DNA of 64,000 bases from Macrostomum hystrix (lineage: Eukaryota; Animalia; Platyhelminthes), in the NCBI GenBank assembly GCA_950097015.1, contig CATNEN010000038.1, positions 14,942,001 through 15,006,000 of the forward strand, in the 5' to 3' direction. Shown in pieces: positions 1 to 12,244 of the stretch (position 1 is the first letter of the stretch; each line of letters starts with the position of its first letter). The notes below the pieces were generated by a model that saw only the letters and a program-made list of their open reading frames with translations, was not told the origin of the DNA and made no database searches. Both the position numbers and the translations under genes were made by a program.

Positions 1-349
1 AGAATTAAGTAAATTCAAATTACAGTTATGTATCGCAAAAGCGATGACAGATATACTCATTAAAAATAGTTCTTAAAGTACAAATTCAACGAATTTTGTA
101 TGCTTTACCTTAGAAATTAGCATTAGCAGTAGCAGCGGGAAAAATTGCGTGACAGACTTCAAAAAAGTTTTCTTCGAATTTTTTTTCTCAACTGGCTGAT
201 GAAATCCCCAATTTACTTATCCTGAGACCTGATTCGATTTTCCAAGTCTTAGGCTGACAAAAATTGTCTTCTCCATTAAAAATGTAAAGTCACGCCACTG
301 AAATGCCAGTTGGTGGCGCAAATTTTCTTTACGTCTGAAAGTTAGTTGT

Positions 350-1345
350 AAAAGGTGAATCTAAATAGTCTAAACAGGTGAATCTACATAGTCTAAACAG
401 GTGAATCTAAATAGTCTAAACAGGTGAATCTACATCGTCTAAACAGGTGAATCTACATAGTCTAAACAGGTGAATCTAAACAGTACAAACAGGTGAATCT
501 ACATAGTCTAAACAGGTGAATCTACATAGTCTAAACAGGTGAATCTACATAGTCTAAACAGGTGAATCTACATAGTCTAAACAGGTGAATCTTAATAGTC
601 TAAACAGGTGAATCTAAATAGTCTAAACAGGTGAATCTAAATAGTCTAAACAGGTGAATTACATAGTCTAAACAGGTGAATCTAAACAGTACAAACAGGT
701 GAATCTAAACAGTACAAACAGGTGAATCTAAACAGTACAAACAGGTGAATCTAAACAGTACAAACAGGTGAATCTAAACAGTACAAACAGGTGAATCTAA
801 ACAGTACAAACAGGTGAATCTAAACAGTATAAACAGGTGAATCTAAACAGTATAAACAGGTGAATCTAAACAGTACAAACAAGTGAATCTAAACAGTATA
901 AACAGGTGAATCTAAACAGTACAAACAGGTGAATCTAAACAGTATAAACAGGTGAATCTAAACAGTACAAACAGGTGAATCTAAACAGTATAAACAGGTG
1001 AATCTAAACAGTACAAACAGGTGAATCTAAACAGTATAAACAGGTGAATCTAAACAGTATTAACAGGTGAATCTAAACAGTACCAACAGGTGAATCTAAA
1101 CAGTACCACTGGTGAATCTAAACAGTAGAAACAGGTGAATCTAAACAGTACAAACAGGTGAATCTAAACAGTACCAACAGGTGAATCTAAACAGTACAAA
1201 CAGGTGAATCTAAACAGTACCAACAGGTGAATCTAAACAGTACAAACAGGTGAATCTAAACAGTACAAACAGGTGAATCTAAACAGTACAAACAGGTGAA
1301 TCTAAACAGTACAAACAGGTGAATCTAAACAGTACAAACAGGTGG
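350..1345. repeat. 23-bp minisatellite (AAACAGGTGAATCTAAACAGTAC)n
   Basis: Direct tandem repeat, period 23; the variant changes from -CATAGTCT- to -AACAGTAC- along the array. Confidence 0.95.
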
Positions 1346-1879
1346 ATCAACATTGCCTTTGTGAAGTTTTGAAATCCATTCAACAGTCATTAAGATAACA
1401 AATTAAGGCGCTATTTTCTATATTGGTGCATTTTTGCAATCCAAGCCAATAGAAAGTGTCTTCATTGTTTTACCGTGGCAGAAACGGCCCCACTAAATTT
1501 AATTGCCAAAGTTTTTCCTGCTGTCTTCTTTTAGAAGCAAAGTCTGTCGGCATCCCATTGCAGGCCGGGTCATTGTCTTTCCCATTTTATTGTCAGGTGT
1601 TTCTTTTCGTTTAAGCATTCTCCCCCCACCTCTGCCCATCGTGTGGATTCAATAGAAAGCTTTGGACACTGTATGAATATGCGTATTGTTTGAAGATTTC
1701 TGACAGAAAATTGGCAGGCAAAAAAGTCCTGTAAAGCAACAAGGGGGCTACAGATACGCACCTCAGTTATAGCTCATTCACATGACACTTGCACTTCAAC
1801 GAGATTGCAATGCTTTTGCACAGCTAACGTATGATTCTGCTGGTTGACTTAATGAAAGCAGCCAGTGCTCAACTTCTTA

Positions 1880-2576
1880 TTGGAATGGATTGCTAGTCTA
1901 ATCCATTGTGGAATGGATTGCTAGTCTAATCCATTGTGGAATGGATTGCTAGTCTAATCCATTGTGGAATGGATTGCTAGTCTAATCCATTGTGGAATGG
2001 ATTGCTAGTCTAATCCATTGTGGAATGGATTGCTAGTCTAATCCATTGTGGAATGGATTGCTAGTCTAATCCATTGTGGAATGGATTGCTAGTCTAATCT
2101 ATTGTGGAATGGATTGCTAGTCTAATCTATTGTGGAATGGATTGCTAGTCTAATCCATTGTGGAATGGATTGCTAGTCTAATCCATTGTGGAATGGATTG
2201 CTAGTCTAATCCATTGTGGAATGGATTGCTAGTCTAATCTATTGTGGAATGGATTGCTAGTCTAGTCCATTGTAGAATGGATTGCTAGTCTAGTCAATTG
2301 TGGAATGGATTGCTAGTCTAGTCCATTGTGGAATAGATTGCTAGTCTAATCCATTGTGGAATGGATTGCTAGTCTAATCCATTGTGGAATGGATTGCTAG
2401 TCTAATCTATTGTGGAATGGATTGCTAGTCTAGTCCATTGTAGAATGGATTGCTAGTCTAGTCCATTGTAGAATGGATTGCTAGTCTAGTCAATTGTGGA
2501 ATGGATTGCTAGTCTAATCCTAGATGGAATGGATTGCTAGTCTAATCCTAGATGGAATGGATTGCTAGTCTAATCC
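1880..2576. repeat. 28-bp minisatellite with hairpin unit (GGAATGGATTGCTAGTCTAATCCATTGT)n
   Basis: Period 28; AATGGATT and AATCCATT within each unit are reverse complements. Confidence 0.95.
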
Positions 2577-3209
2577 GAGTGACAGCAGAATATGGGATGA
2601 AAGCAAGTCTCTTAAAGTTTGAAAAAATGAATAAAATATCTACAAAAACAATTTCACAAAAGATGGCTGACAAACTAATTTTCATGCTTAATCCATCATG
2701 CAGCCGCAGTATGTGCCCTACTAGTTACCGCGAGTCCCACTGAAGCTGCTAGTGGGGAATTTCATCAAATGTCCCGTCCACAGAGAAGCGGCTTATAAAA
2801 CCAGCTGGGAAATTTCCGACACTCTTTTTAGCCACTCGATTTGAATTTTCCTCGGCTGAAATTTTTAGCCAGCAGCAGCAACGGCAGCAGCAACAGTTTT
2901 ACTGAGCACTTTGGAGTGCTCTGAACTGTATGAGCATTGCTGAACTCCATCAGTAGCTCAGCTGTGGCCTCTTGAGCTCCCTGTGTCTCGCTCTCTTTCA
3001 GAATTTTCTCTAAGAGACTGTGAAGGAAGTGTTCGCGTGATATTATACAGGCCGCGCAGTTGCTGAGGCCGGTTTGCGGACTTAGCTGCTGATTCTAAGA
3101 AAGAATCCTTCAAAAACAATTCTTTCCCTTTCCCCAAGTATTCGCCATGTGGAAGTTTTAAATTTCTGAAAAAGTCTCGACTCTTTTGTTATTATTCATT
3201 TTTTGTATA

Positions 3210-3660
3210 GGCGGAGTTGTAGCCTAGTGGTTAGAGTGTCCGACTCACGACTTGAAGGTCGGGGGTTCGATTCCTGACTACACTGGAACAATTTGTGTCC
3301 TTTAGCAAGATACTTCTCTTTGCATTGGTGAGTGGCAGAGCAGTTAACGCGTTCGCCTCTCGCACCAAGGTCCCTGAGCTCGATTTCGCGGCGAGGCCAC
3401 ATTCATTTGGGGTGCAGCCGCGGAGAGAAGGCTTGGGGGGCTTGTCGTGCAATTTACGCCCTTGAGGGCCAACCTCCAAGACATAGTAGTGAGAGTGTAC
3501 ACAGCATGACGATGAGAAAGTCAGGGCAGATGTACACACCTGCGTGAGCGTGTGCCTGCGTACGGTATCTGTGTGCGTGTGTGCTCAGGAGTCAGCGAAA
3601 TGGGCAGAATTGCCTCCTCGCTGGCTGCGGGTCTAGTGTCACCAAATGACGTGATGTGGT
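3210..3660 (+). mobile_element. Composite tRNA-derived SINE (extra tRNA-like head plus SINE family copy 1, 3'-truncated)
   Basis: Pol III A box TAGCCTAGTGG and B box GGTTCGATTCC at 3220-3275, followed by GTGTCCTTTAGCAAGATACTT (CORE/MIR-like). From ~3328 a second tRNA-like head and body are shared with the copies at 22365, 27678 and 51730. Confidence 0.85.
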
Positions 3661-3661
3661 G

Positions 3662-4171
3662 CGGTAGAAAAACAAGAGTAGAAGAACGTGAGGGGTAGAA
3701 CGAGAGGGGAAGAATGAGAGGGGAAGAATGAGAGGGGAAGAATGAGAGGGGAAGAATGAGAGGGGTAGAATGAGAGGGGAAGAATGAGAGGGGAAGAATG
3801 AGAGGGGAAGAATGAGAGGGGAAGAATGAGAGGGGAAGAATGAGAGGGGAAGAATGAGAGGGGTAGAATGAGAGTAGAAGAACGTGAGAGGTAGAACGAG
3901 AGGGGTAGAACGAGAGGGGAAGAATGAGAGGGGAAGAATGAGTGGGGTAGAATGAGTGGGGTAGAATGAGAGGGGAAGAATGAGAGGGGAAGAATGAGAG
4001 GGGTAGAATGAGAGGGGAAGAATGAGAGGGGAAGAATGAGAGGGGAAGAATGAGAGGGGTAGAATGAGAGGGGAAGAATGAGAGGGGAAGAATGAGAGGG
4101 GTAGAATGAGAGGGGTAGAATGAGAGGGGTAGAATGAGAGGGGAAGAATGAGAGGGGAAGAATGAGAGGGG
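3662..4171. repeat. 15-bp purine-rich minisatellite (GAGAGGGG[A/T]AGAAT)n
   Basis: Tandem repeat; explains the spurious ORFs at 3521-4197. Confidence 0.95.
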
Positions 4172-4799
4172 ACATCTGCACATGTGGCCCTGCGCATGCT
4201 ATTTACCCGTCAGGTGATTACGATAGTGAGAACTAGTTCATCTCACTAAACTGTCAATTATATTTGTCTTTAAAATACTGGCTCCAATTGATTTGATCCA
4301 AATCCTACTTAAATCGGGATTAACAATTCCTTAATCTTCAGTACTTTGCGGCCAGGAATTTTTTTATGCAGTCGAACGGTGCACAATTATCGGTATAAAA
4401 TATTATCATAAAAATGTCTGTCTTGCATGCAGCCTTTTGAAAGCATCTTAATTTACTTGCCACTGTTAATTGTCCGTAAGTGGATCGATAAAAACAGTAG
4501 CAGCGGCAGCGGCAGCGGCAGTAACAGATGAAAGGTAGGCCAATCGGCCTCACAAAGCTAAATATAGTTCTTTTTAAATGGCTGTCTAACACAGATACTT
4601 TGCCAAATGTCGCCTGGTACCATAAGTTTGACTGTCGAATAGATTTTGCGGATAAATTTATGGAATGCAGTGCAGGGATTTATTAATTTTATGCTGTACT
4701 TCTGATATTCGATTATATTGATGTAAATATAGGTAATTATTGGTAATTATGACATTACGAAACTAACCTGCGGCAAGGAAAGAGATAATTTAAACAAGG

Positions 4800-5570
4800 A
4801 GAGAGAGAGTGGAAAGTGGAAAGAGGCGCAGAGGGAGAGAGGGAGAGAGTAGGGAGAAAGAGGGGGAGAGAGGCTGAGAGTAGATAGAGCGGGGGAGGCT
4901 GAGATTAGATAGAGCGGGAGAGGCTGAGAGTAGATAGAGCGGGAGAGGCTGGGAGTAGATAGATCGGGAGAGGCTTGGAGTAGATAGAGCGGGAGAGGTT
5001 GAGAGTAGAGAGAGCGGGAGAGGCTGGGAGTAGATAGAGCGGGAGAGGCTGGGAGTAGATAGAGCGGGAGAGGCTGGGAGTAGATAGAGCGGGAGAGGCT
5101 GGGAGTAGATAGAGCGGGAGAGGCTGAGAGTAGAGAGAGGGGAGAGGCTGAGAGTAGAGAGGGGGGAGAGGCTGAGAGTAGAGAGGGGGGAGAGGCTGAG
5201 AGTAGAGAGGGTGGAGAGGCTGGGAGTAGATAGAGCGGGAGAGGCTGAGAGTAGATAGAGCGGGAGAGGCTGGGAGTAGATAGAGCGGGAGAGGCTGGGA
5301 GTAGATAGAGCGGGAGAGGCTGGGAGTAGATAGAGCGGGAGAGGCTGAGAGTAGATAGAGCGGGAGAGGCTGGGAGTAGAGATGGAGGAGAGGCTGAGAG
5401 TAGAGAGAGGGGAGAGGCTGAGAGTAGAGATGGAGGAGAGGCTGAGAGTAGAGAGAGGGGAGAGGCTGAGAGTAGAGAGGGGGGAGAGGCTGAGAGTAGA
5501 GAGGGGGGAGAGGCTGAGAGTAGAGAGGAGGGGGAGAGGCTGAGAGTAGAGAGAGGGGGAGAGGTTGGGC
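4800..5570. repeat. ~24-bp purine-rich minisatellite (GAGAGGCTGGGAGTAGATAGAGCG)n
   Basis: Tandem repeat. Confidence 0.9.
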
Positions 5571-6164
5571 AGGAAAGCGAAACGTATGGAAACGGAAAAT
5601 GGGAAATTAGTATGGGGTAATGCTGGTCACGAAGTGGTTGCGAAAGAAAAATCCTAATGACATAGGAACGCACGGGAAAAAGACAGTCTATGAATTCTAA
5701 GATAGCTAAATAATGACAAAGAAAGCTGCATGGATAATTGCAAGAGAAATCAGAGCACAATGCCCTGCCTATAGTTTTAAGCTGTAAGTATTTATCTCCA
5801 ACAATTATAAATAAAGGCTTAAAGAAATGACAGGACAAGTATTTGCAGCTATCCGCAGAAATGTTAAGCAGGGACCTTCCCGATGAAATTTCTGAGCTAC
5901 ACGAAACGTTTCTCAAATCTGGCAGGACTCAAAAGATGCCAACTGAGGGCCTCAATTTTAGCATGAAATAAAGAGAACAATGGGCATATCAAAGATAGGA
6001 GCATCTATTCTAACCAACGGTGCGCAATGCTAATTGTTGTGCACAATGCGGCAGTACTGACTTCAATAGTTAATAGTTCTATTAGTTAATAATCTGGGCA
6101 GCTTTCAATGCTATTATGTACGTTGTACGGGGACGTGCATAACTGGCTAGATATTGTGGGCAGA

Positions 6165-7440
6165 GAAATCATGAGACGACAGATAATGAGGGAGAGAATG
6201 CAGAAAAGAATGAGGGTGAGAATGCAGAAGAGAATGAGGGTGAGAATGCAGAAGAGAATAAGGGCGTGAATGAAGGAGAGAATGAGAGAGAGAAAGAGGA
6301 GAGAATGAAGGAGAGAGTGAAGAAGATCATGAAGGAGAGAATGAGAGAGAATGAGAGGAGAAGGAGAGAAGGAAGGAGAGAATGAGAGAGAATGAGAGGA
6401 GAAGGAGAGAATGAAGGAGAGAATGAGGGAGAGAATGAAGGACAGAAGGAAGGAGAGAATGAGGGAGAGAATGAAGGACAGAAGGAAGGAGAGAATGAGG
6501 GAGAGAATGAAGGACAGAAGGAAGGAGAGAATGAGGGAGAGAATGAAGGAGAGAAGGAAGTAGAGAATGAGGGAGAGAATGAAGGAGAGAATGAGGGTGA
6601 GAATGCAGAAGAGAATGAGGGTGAGAATGCAGAAGAGAATAAGGGCGTGAATGAAGGAGAGAATGAGAGAGAGAAAGAGGAGAGAATGAAGGAGAGAGTG
6701 AAGAAGATCATGAAGGAGAGAATGAGAGAGAATGAGAGGAGAAGGAGAGAAGGAAGGAGAGAATGAGAGAGAATGAGAGGAGAAGGAGAGAATGAAGGAG
6801 AGAATGAGGGAGAGAATGAAGGACAGAAGGAAGGAGAGAATGAGGGAGAGAATGAAGGACAGAAGGAAGGAGAGAATGAGGGAGAGAATGAAGGAGAGAA
6901 GGAAGGAGAGAATGAACGAGAGAATGAAGGAGAGAAGGAAGGAGAGAATGAGGAGAGAATGAAGGAGAGAAGGAAGGAGAGAATGAGGAGAGAATGAAGG
7001 AGAGAAGGAAGGAGAGAATGAGGAGAGAATGAAGGAGAGAAGGAAGGAGAGAATGAGGAGAGAATGAAGGAGAGAAGGAAGGAGAGAATGAGCGAGAGAA
7101 TGAAGGAGAGAAGGAAGGAGAGAATGAACGAGAGAATGAAGGAGAGAAGGAAGGAGAGAATGAACGAGAGAATGAAGGAGAGAAGGAAGGAGAGAATGAG
7201 GAGAGAATGAAGGAGAGAAGGAAGGAGAGAATGAACGAGAGAATGAAGGAGAGAAGGAAGGAGAGAATGAGGAGAGAATGAAGGAGAGAAGGAAGGAGAG
7301 AATGAGGAGAGAATGAAGGAGAGAAGGAAGGAGAGAATGAGCGAGAGAATGAAGGAGAGAAGGAAGGAGAGAATGAGGGAGAGAATGAAGGAGAGAATGA
7401 GGGAGATAATTTGGGATGCAATCAGGGAGAGAATGAGGTA
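6165..7440. repeat. 12-bp GA-rich repeat (GAAGGAGAGAAT)n with an internal ~381-bp duplication
   Basis: Tandem repeat; identical blocks start at 6392 and 6773. Confidence 0.9.
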
Positions 7441-8204
7441 GTGAATGGAAAATACGAGAATGAGGGAGCCTATGTGATGAGTGAACGAGTAAGGTATATT
7501 TGGTAGAGCTAATGTTTGTAGTTAATTTGAAGAACCATTAAGCAGAGTGGAAGTCAGCTATTGATCTGCACTGCCCTGCACATTTCCGCGATAATCCTAC
7601 GAAAAGCAAACTTCGCTAATCCATGTCAGCGGCTTATCAGCCATAAGCCGGGAACCATCATCGCCAAGATAAGATAGAAGATTATGCCCGTCCCCACAAT
7701 TTCGTGAAGTACATAATGGCCAGTACATAATATCTTTCAGTTGACGCACTAAATGTAGTGAAAATACAGTAATAAAAAATGTGTATTCATGGCAAAAATA
7801 TGAATTTGCCAATTTATTTCTATATGCTGATGGCACGCACAGAGAGACAGTGGAGCCTATTGAATTTCACAGAGCAATGGCCTCTGCACAGGCATTCAAT
7901 TAATCAACAAGCACAGCCAAAATAAACTGGAACTGGATGAGGGAGACTGGAAAATCAAGAAATGTCAGACTTCCACAGTGCACACGGACACGCTGTGTTT
8001 GTTGGTCCAACTGTTCCTAGTAGTTCGATGGCTATGGGACGATAATAGACAACTAGCAAACAGAAAAATCTTTCACTCACTTTCATGCCCCATTTCTCAT
8101 CTCTCTCCTCTCGCGTCCTTAGCTTTCGGCAAATATCACAAAATCTATTAAGGAGCATAAAGTTTTTTATGCACTGTATTGAAATACCTAGTGCATCGGA
8201 GATT

Positions 8205-9897
8205 TTGTGCATAACAGTTACTAGAATATGTGCATAACAGCTCCTAGAATATGTGCATAACAGCTCCTAGAATATGTGCATAACAACTCCTATAATATGT
8301 GCCTAACAGTTGCTTGAATATGTGCATAACAGCTCCTAGAATATGTGCATAACAGCTCCTAGAATCTGTGCATAACAGTTCCTAGAAAATGTGCATAACA
8401 ACTCCTAGAATATGTGCCTAACAGTTGCTTGAATATGTGCATAACTGCTCCTATAATATGTGCATAACTGCTCCTATAATATGTACCTAACAGTTGCTTG
8501 AATCTGTGCATAACTGCTCCTATAATATGTGCATAACAACTCCTAGAATCTGTGCATAACTACTCCTAGAATATGTGCATAACAGTCGCTTGAATATGTG
8601 CATAACAGTTGCTTGAATATGTGCATAACAGTTGCTTGAATATGTGCATAACAGTTGCTTGAATATGTGCATAACTGCTCCTAGAATATGTGCATAACAA
8701 CTCCTAGAATCTGTGCATAACTACTCCTAGAATCTGTGCATAACTACTCCTAGAATATGTGCATAACAGTCGCTTGAATATGTGCATAACAGTTGCTTGA
8801 ATATGTGCATAACAGTTGCTTGAATATGTGCATAACAGTTGCTTGAATATGTGCATAACTGCTCCTATAATATGTACCTAACAGTTGCTTGAATCTGTGC
8901 ATAACTGCTCCTATAATATGTGCATAACAACTCCTAGAATCTGTGCATAACTACTCCTAGAATATGTGCATAACAGTCGCTTGAATATGTGCATAACAGT
9001 TGCTTGAATATGTGCATAACAGTTGCTTGAATATGTGCATAACAGTTGCTTGAATATGTGCATAACTGCTCCTAGAATATGTGCATAACAGTTGCTTGAA
9101 TATGTGCATAACAGTTGCTTGAATATGTGCATAACTGCTCCTAGAATATGTGCCTAACAGTTGCTTGAATATGTGCATAACTGCTCCTAGAATATGTGCC
9201 TAACAGTTGCTTGAATATGTGCATAACTGCTCCTAGAATATGTGCATAACAACTCCTAGAATCTGTGCATAACAACTCCTAGAATCTGTGCATAACTACT
9301 CCTAGAATATGTGCATAACAGTCGCTTGAATATGTGCATAACAGTTGCTTGAATATGTGCATAACAGTTGCTTGAATATGTGCATAACAGTTGCTTGAAT
9401 ATGTGCATAACTGCTCCTATAATATGTACCTAACAGTTGCTTGAATCTGTGCATAACTGCTCCTATAATATGTGCATAACAACTCCTAGAATCTGTGCAT
9501 AACTACTCCTAGAATATGTGCATAACAGTCGCTTGAATATGTGCATAACAGTTGCTTGAATATGTGCATAACAGTTGCTTGAATATGTGCATAACAGTTG
9601 CTTGAATATGTGCATAACTGCTCCTAGAATATGTGCATAACAGTTGCTTGAATATGTGCATAACAGTTGCTTGAATATGTGCATAACTGCTCCTAGAATA
9701 TGTGCCTAACAGTTGCTTGAATATGTGCATAACTGCTCCTATAATATGTGCATAACTGCTCCTATAATATGTACCTAACAGTTGCTTGAATCTGTGCATA
9801 ACTGCTCCTATAATATGTGCATAACAACTCCTAGAATCTGTGCATAACAGTCGCTTGAATATGTGCATAACTGCTCCTATAAAATGTGCATAACTGG
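8205..9897. repeat. 23-bp minisatellite (ATATGTGCATAACAGTTGCTTGA / ...ACTCCTAGA)n with 552-bp higher-order duplication
   Basis: Period 23; identical translated blocks at 8911 and 9463 (offset 552 = 24 units). Confidence 0.95.
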
Positions 9898-10260
9898 TCC
9901 TGACTGAGCCTGAACTACTGAATCTTCTGGAGTACTCAAAGATTAACATAAAATATTTTATCTCATCTTATATACCGTCAGCATTCTAAATCTAGGATTT
10001 ATAAGAGGCTCCATTATATCATAACTGTACATCAATCATTATGTCAAATCTATGTCAGTCTTCTAGCCACATAAAAATTTGGCGCGCAACATAGTCTTAT
10101 TTATCTCAAATCTTGAAGCAAAGGGGAAATAACATTTTTTATGATTTCTGTAACTCTGTAATGGCAACCACTAGCTTTACATCTGGGCCAACTAGTCTAG
10201 ATCGATTCAATTAACTCGGTACTAATCAATATCTACATTATAAAATATATTAAACTGTAG

Positions 10261-10490
10261 GCTTGACGCCATGCAGGGATCGAGACAACTCATTCTGGGA
10301 CCCTCGGACACCAACAAACCGATAGGCAGTTCGGCGACTCTCAGTTGCCGAACCAGAGGCGATGATAAGCTTCAGCAGCAGCAGCAGCCAGTCAAGGTGT
10401 ACTGGGACAGGGATGGCGTAGTCATTGCTACTAGCTCAGTGGCCGCGGCTATCCGGGATCCGAGGTTTGTTATCGAGAGCCACGGCCTAG
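10261..10490 (+). CDS. Kirre/Neph/IrreC-like Ig-superfamily adhesion protein, first identified coding exon (Ig1 N-half)
   Basis: TGTAG acceptor, GPSDTNKPIGSSATLSC...VYWDRDG, GTGAGT donor. Model 10261-10490, 13955-14372, 15523-15891, 18683-19279, 19726-19877, 20518-21052, 21840-22164 is phase-consistent (~874 aa): 5 Ig domains, one TM, tail ending -TEV. Signal-peptide exon not located. Confidence 0.85.
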
Positions 10491-10514
10491 GTGAGTAGCT
10501 GCGACTTGGTGTCT

Positions 10515-11787
10515 TAAATGATTCAGTGTCTGCCAGCTGAATGATTCAGTGTCTATGATCTGAATGATTTAGTGTCTGTCAGCTGAATGATTCAGTGTCT
10601 GTCAGCTGTATGATTCAGTGTCTGTCAGCTGAATGATTCAGTGTCTGTCAGCTGTATGACTTAGTGTCTGTCAGCTGAATGATTCAGTGTCTGTCAGCTG
10701 AATGATTCAGTGTCTGTCAGCTGAATGATTCAGTGTCTGTCAGCTGTATGATTCAGTGTCTGTCAGCTGAATGATTCAGTGTCTGTCAGCTGTATGATTC
10801 AGTGTCTGTCAGCTGAATGATTTAGTGTCTGTCAGCTGAATGATTCAGTGTCTGTCAGCTGTATGATTCAGTGTCTGTCAGCTGTATGATTCAGTGTCTG
10901 TCAGCTGAATGATTCAGTGTCTGTCAGCTGAATGATTTAGTGTCTGTCAGCTGAATGATTCAGTGTCTGTCAGCTGTATGATTCAGTGTCTGTCAGCTGA
11001 ATGATTCAGTGTCTGTCAGCTGAATGATTCAGTGTCTGTCAGCTGAATGATTCAGTGTCTGTCAGCTGAATGATTTAGTGTCTGTCAGCTGTATGATTCA
11101 GTGTCTGTCAGCTGTATGATTCAGTGTCTGTCAGCTGAATGATTCAGTGTCTGTCAGCTGTATGATTCAGTGTCTGTCAGCTGTATGATTCAGTGTCTGT
11201 CAGCTGTATGATTCAGTGTCTGTCAGCTGTATGATTCAGTGTCTGTCAGCTGAATGATTCAGTGTCTGTCAGCTGTATGATTCAGTGTCTGTCAGCTGTA
11301 TGATTCAGTGTCTGTCAGCTGTATGATTCAGTGTCTGTCAGCTGAATGATTCAGTGTCTGTCAGCTGTATGATTCAGTGTCTGTCAGCTGAATGATTCAG
11401 TGTCTGTCAGCTGAATGATTCAGTGTCTGTCAGCTGTATGATTCAGTGTCTGTCAGCTGTATGATTCAGTGTCTGTCAGCTGAATGATTCAGTGTCTGTC
11501 AGCTGTATGATTCAGTGTCTGTCAGCTGAATGATTCAGTGTCTGTCAGCTGAATGATTCAGTGTCTGTCAGCTGTATGATTCAGTGTCTGTCAGCTGTAT
11601 GATTCAGTGTCTGTCAGCTGAATGATTCAGTGTCTGTCAGCTGAATGATTCAGTGTCTGTCAGCTGAATGATTCAGTGTCTGTCAGCTGAATGATTCAGT
11701 GTCTGTCAGCTGTATGATTCAGTGTCTGTCAGCTGAATGATTCAGTGTCTGTCAGCTGAATGATTCAGTGTCTGTCAGCTGTATGAT
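10515..11787. repeat. Intronic 23-bp minisatellite (TGATTCAGTGTCTGTCAGCTG[A/T]A)n
   Basis: Very homogeneous array starting ~25 nt after the donor site. Confidence 0.95.
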
Positions 11788-12244
11788 GTCCATCAGCTCA
11801 CAATGGGGCACTGTTCTCTATCGCACAGAATCAGTTTCCAAGAAAGAAGCTCAAAATCTAAAAGAATCAGAATTTCCCCATATTTTTGTTACCTATTCAA
11901 GCGAGTCTCAAAAGGGCTTCAAGCGGCAATTTTTGTTGTTTACTCATTTTTCTTTCTTCCTTACCTTGGGATGAAGAGCTAGAGCAGCTGCTTGCTTTCC
12001 CATGCGGATGGGCGCAGGTAAAACTGCGACTAGGAAAAAAGTCCCCAACTGGAAAAGAGAAAAAGTGATAAAATCGACTCGGTCTCAGGCAAATGTCTGT
12101 CTGGGTACATACTGTCTTGTTTCATATTAAAAATGGAAGATATTTCCCCATTTTTTTATCAATCCTGCATGGGTTAAGTCCATCTAATTCCCAAATATGT
12201 ATATCGCATGGGAAAGTTCTGTCATTCTCATATCTTTTATTTAT

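Noticed and set aside
1880-2576. CRISPR-like palindromic 28-bp repeats (also the 32-40-bp arrays)
   Set aside because: Units are head-to-tail with no unique spacers, there are no cas genes, and the context is eukaryotic
3210-3290. tRNA-Val gene
   Set aside because: Acceptor and anticodon stems pair poorly, there is no oligo-T terminator, and it continues into SINE body sequence
4427-4475. MQPFESILIYLPLLIV-GTAAGT as the signal-peptide exon of the Kirre-like gene
   Set aside because: Phase 1 donor is incompatible with the phase 2 acceptor at 10261 unless an unseen exon intervenes; unsupported
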